Shown here: piece after piece, positions 61,721-64,000 of the stretch
Layout: every line of letters begins with the position of its first letter
How positions within the stretch are numbered: position 1 is the stretch's first letter
NCBI GenBank assembly: GCA_013265495.1
Contig: MU058844.1
Span: 12,360,184 to 12,424,183, forward strand
DNA: 64,000 bases
Reading direction: 5' to 3'
Origin: Vicugna vicugna
Lineage: Eukaryota
The notes under the pieces: model-generated
What the model was told of the DNA's origin: nothing
The model's database searches: none
The model's input: the letters and a program-made list of their open reading frames with translations, nothing else
Made by a program: the position numbers and the translations under genes

Positions 61721-63234
61721 AAATCAAGGCTCAAAATATACAATATCTGTTCAAGGTAGGAGTTAAATAATTTTCTAAGCCAGAAAGAGGACCATAATTC
61801 CTTCTGTTTTCATCTAGCACTTGAACCACTGTATCACACATTTCCTAAAGGAGTATAAAGCCTTGTTTTTCTTGTAATACACAGAACTATAAAAACTAAA
61901 GACTTTCAGAATCCAAAACCCTAATTCCAAAGCTGCTGCATTCCGTGACTAATGTGAACCACATACCTTCACTACTATAAACTCAATTATTCTGAATATG
62001 ACTATTAACTCTTAATCAGTAATTATTCACAACTTTTTTCAAACTGCAAAGGATCAAGAGAATAGTTGCCACTTCAATGTATTTTTCACTGATGCATAAC
62101 ATCAATATGATGCCTTACTTTACTATTAAACCCAGAATAATGAATGTTCTAAAGAGGAGTTAATATGAGCAACTTTGACCTCAAATACCACAAATATTCG
62201 TTCTGACGACTGTGTCCCATGGTTCACTTGTACCCACCAGACTTCTAGTTCTCTCTTTGTGTTTAAATCTGAGAAATTCTGAAAAAATGAATTTTAGAAG
62301 TTCTCCCAGAAATGTCAAAGACTGCATGCTAAATTGGTTTGAACTGAAGTTTTTCTATTTTATATCACTTACTGATCACAGACGGTGCAACTTGAAAAAA
62401 GTAGAAGTCACAATGCTCGCGAAAAGTCGTAAAAATGTCTAATAAGCATTTGAATTCAACAGAATTCTTTGATTTTCAACTTTATAGAATTTCTTCCAAG
62501 CTCTTTTCAGAATTCATTACTTTACCATAGTCAGTCTATGAAGGGCAGTCCCACTTAATTCTGACTTTCTTATAGTCTCCAGACGTGTGTCTGTCCCCGT
62601 TAAAATCCGTGTTTTACGGTGATGCATACATGATCTCTTGTTATCGCTATAAATGAATTCTTATTCTCCTCTATTTTTATCTGTTTTGTCCATCTTCTTC
62701 ATTAGATCATATCCCTCTTGGGGTGGAAATCACGTTCACTGCTATTTCCTTTGGAACTTTGCACAAAACCTCGCAAAAACACTCTGCCCATTGTAGCTAC
62801 TTAATAAACCTTGGCTCTCCGCCTGAAGGAAGCAATTGACAACCCAGTCATAAAGAATTCACAGTGGTGCATAAGTTTATCAACTTAATTTTTTATGTTC
62901 CTGTGAGAGGTGATGTACCAAAATACTTTCTAATCCTAGCTGAGATCGACTCTGGCAATCAGACAAGAAGAGGAATACCATGTCACTTACATTCCTGGCT
63001 GGCTAACTTTGTGATAGCAAGCACTTCGGGTGTATAAAAGTTAAACTTTCAGGAACGAAAGCATAAAAAGATGTGTTTGTTGGTGTGGACATCTTTAATT
63101 TGCTGCTTTCCTTACTGCCCAGATTTGGAATATATAATGCCAACTTGGGAGATGTGTATTAACAACCATACTTACTAAGAGAAGAAAAGCATTTCCTCAG
63201 ATAATACAAAAATGCAGAAGAGTACGCTGCATTT

Positions 63235-63440
63235 GTTGGAGAGAGAATGGAATTTGAATCTGGATATTCCTGGGTTTAGATCTCAGTTCTGCCACTTAGT
63301 AATGTGACCTTGCATAGGTCATTTATCCTATTGGAGTCTTGGTTAATTTAACTGAAAAAAAATTTTTTTAATCTACCACATAGCATTGTTATGGGGAGTT
63401 AAAATATGTAAAATGTCAAGTACTGCTAGTGTGAACTGAT
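63235..63440 (-). mobile_element. MIR fragment
   Basis: 'cctgggtttagatctcagttctgccacttagtaatgtgaccttgcataggtcattta'. Confidence 0.6.
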
Positions 63441-64000
63441 GCTTAGCTCATATTTTCATTAAATTTTCTTCCATAATCGCTTCCCTTTTGTTACAGGTAT
63501 CGGTTGCTGGAAGGGGACTTGGTAAGGGGAAGAAGTTATATACATCTTTCCGTTGATCAGGGAGTGACCGTATTAGGTAGCAACATTCCCCACACCAATT
63601 TCTCCCCTGTTCCTGCTCCACCTCCTCACTATAAGCAAAGTTCATCAGCAATTGCAGTCTCCTCAAAAAATCAAACTGTGGGGTGTCCTACACATGCATT
63701 TGTGTAGTTTGCCTCTCTCTTCTCATCATCCTTTCATTCTAAAACAGAAAGTACGGTTATGGCAACATCTGGGGACTGTCCACCAAAATCTTCAATAATC
63801 ATTCAGAGACTCGTGGGTCTCAAGTCTGGTCAAAGGCCCCCCAGCAGTCAGTCTCTCCTCACTTCAGCCCAGTCCTCACACACAGCACCATAAGTCTCAT
63901 CTTGCACTCGAGAACTTTCTGGCACTCCCCACTCCCTAAACACCTTACCTCGACTGCCACGACCTGCCACAGCCTGCAACCCTCCGCCTTCTCCTCTCTT

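Noticed and set aside
63497..63521. Plus-strand 25-nt exon encoding YRLLEGDL (reminiscent of the intermediate-filament YRKLLEGE motif)
   Set aside because: The motif is imperfect, the length is not frame-preserving and I found no partner exons.
1..64000. CRISPR array, operon or other prokaryotic/viral system
   Set aside because: There is no repeat-spacer periodicity or dense coding; the sequence is typical mammalian non-coding DNA.

Overview
This is mammalian nuclear DNA, almost certainly camelid (alpaca, llama or camel), judged from three tRNA-Ala-derived Vic-1-type SINEs and cetartiodactyl-type L1 3' ends. It is AT-rich and dominated by repeats (L1, L2, MIR, MaLR/ERVL and ERV LTRs, hAT MERs, microsatellites), consistent with a long intron or intergenic DNA. 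I can support no intact protein-coding gene, and nearly all ORFs in the track are spurious or L1 remnants. The most notable element is a ~2.6 kb GC-rich, intronless cTAGE5 (MIA2)-like processed pseudogene (51179-53792), bounded by a perfect 12-bp target-site duplication. It carries two A-tails: a decayed internal one and a short terminal one preceded by AATAAA. This suggests a retrocopy of an already diverged, expressed cTAGE5 retrogene encoding a shortened protein. Also present are a full-length U6 retropseudogene with TSD, a twin-primed inverted L1, a tail-to-tail L1 junction, a possibly composite LTR and weak candidate minus-strand microexons. I see no evidence of a wholly new biological system. 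All family and protein assignments come from recalled sequences, not database searches.
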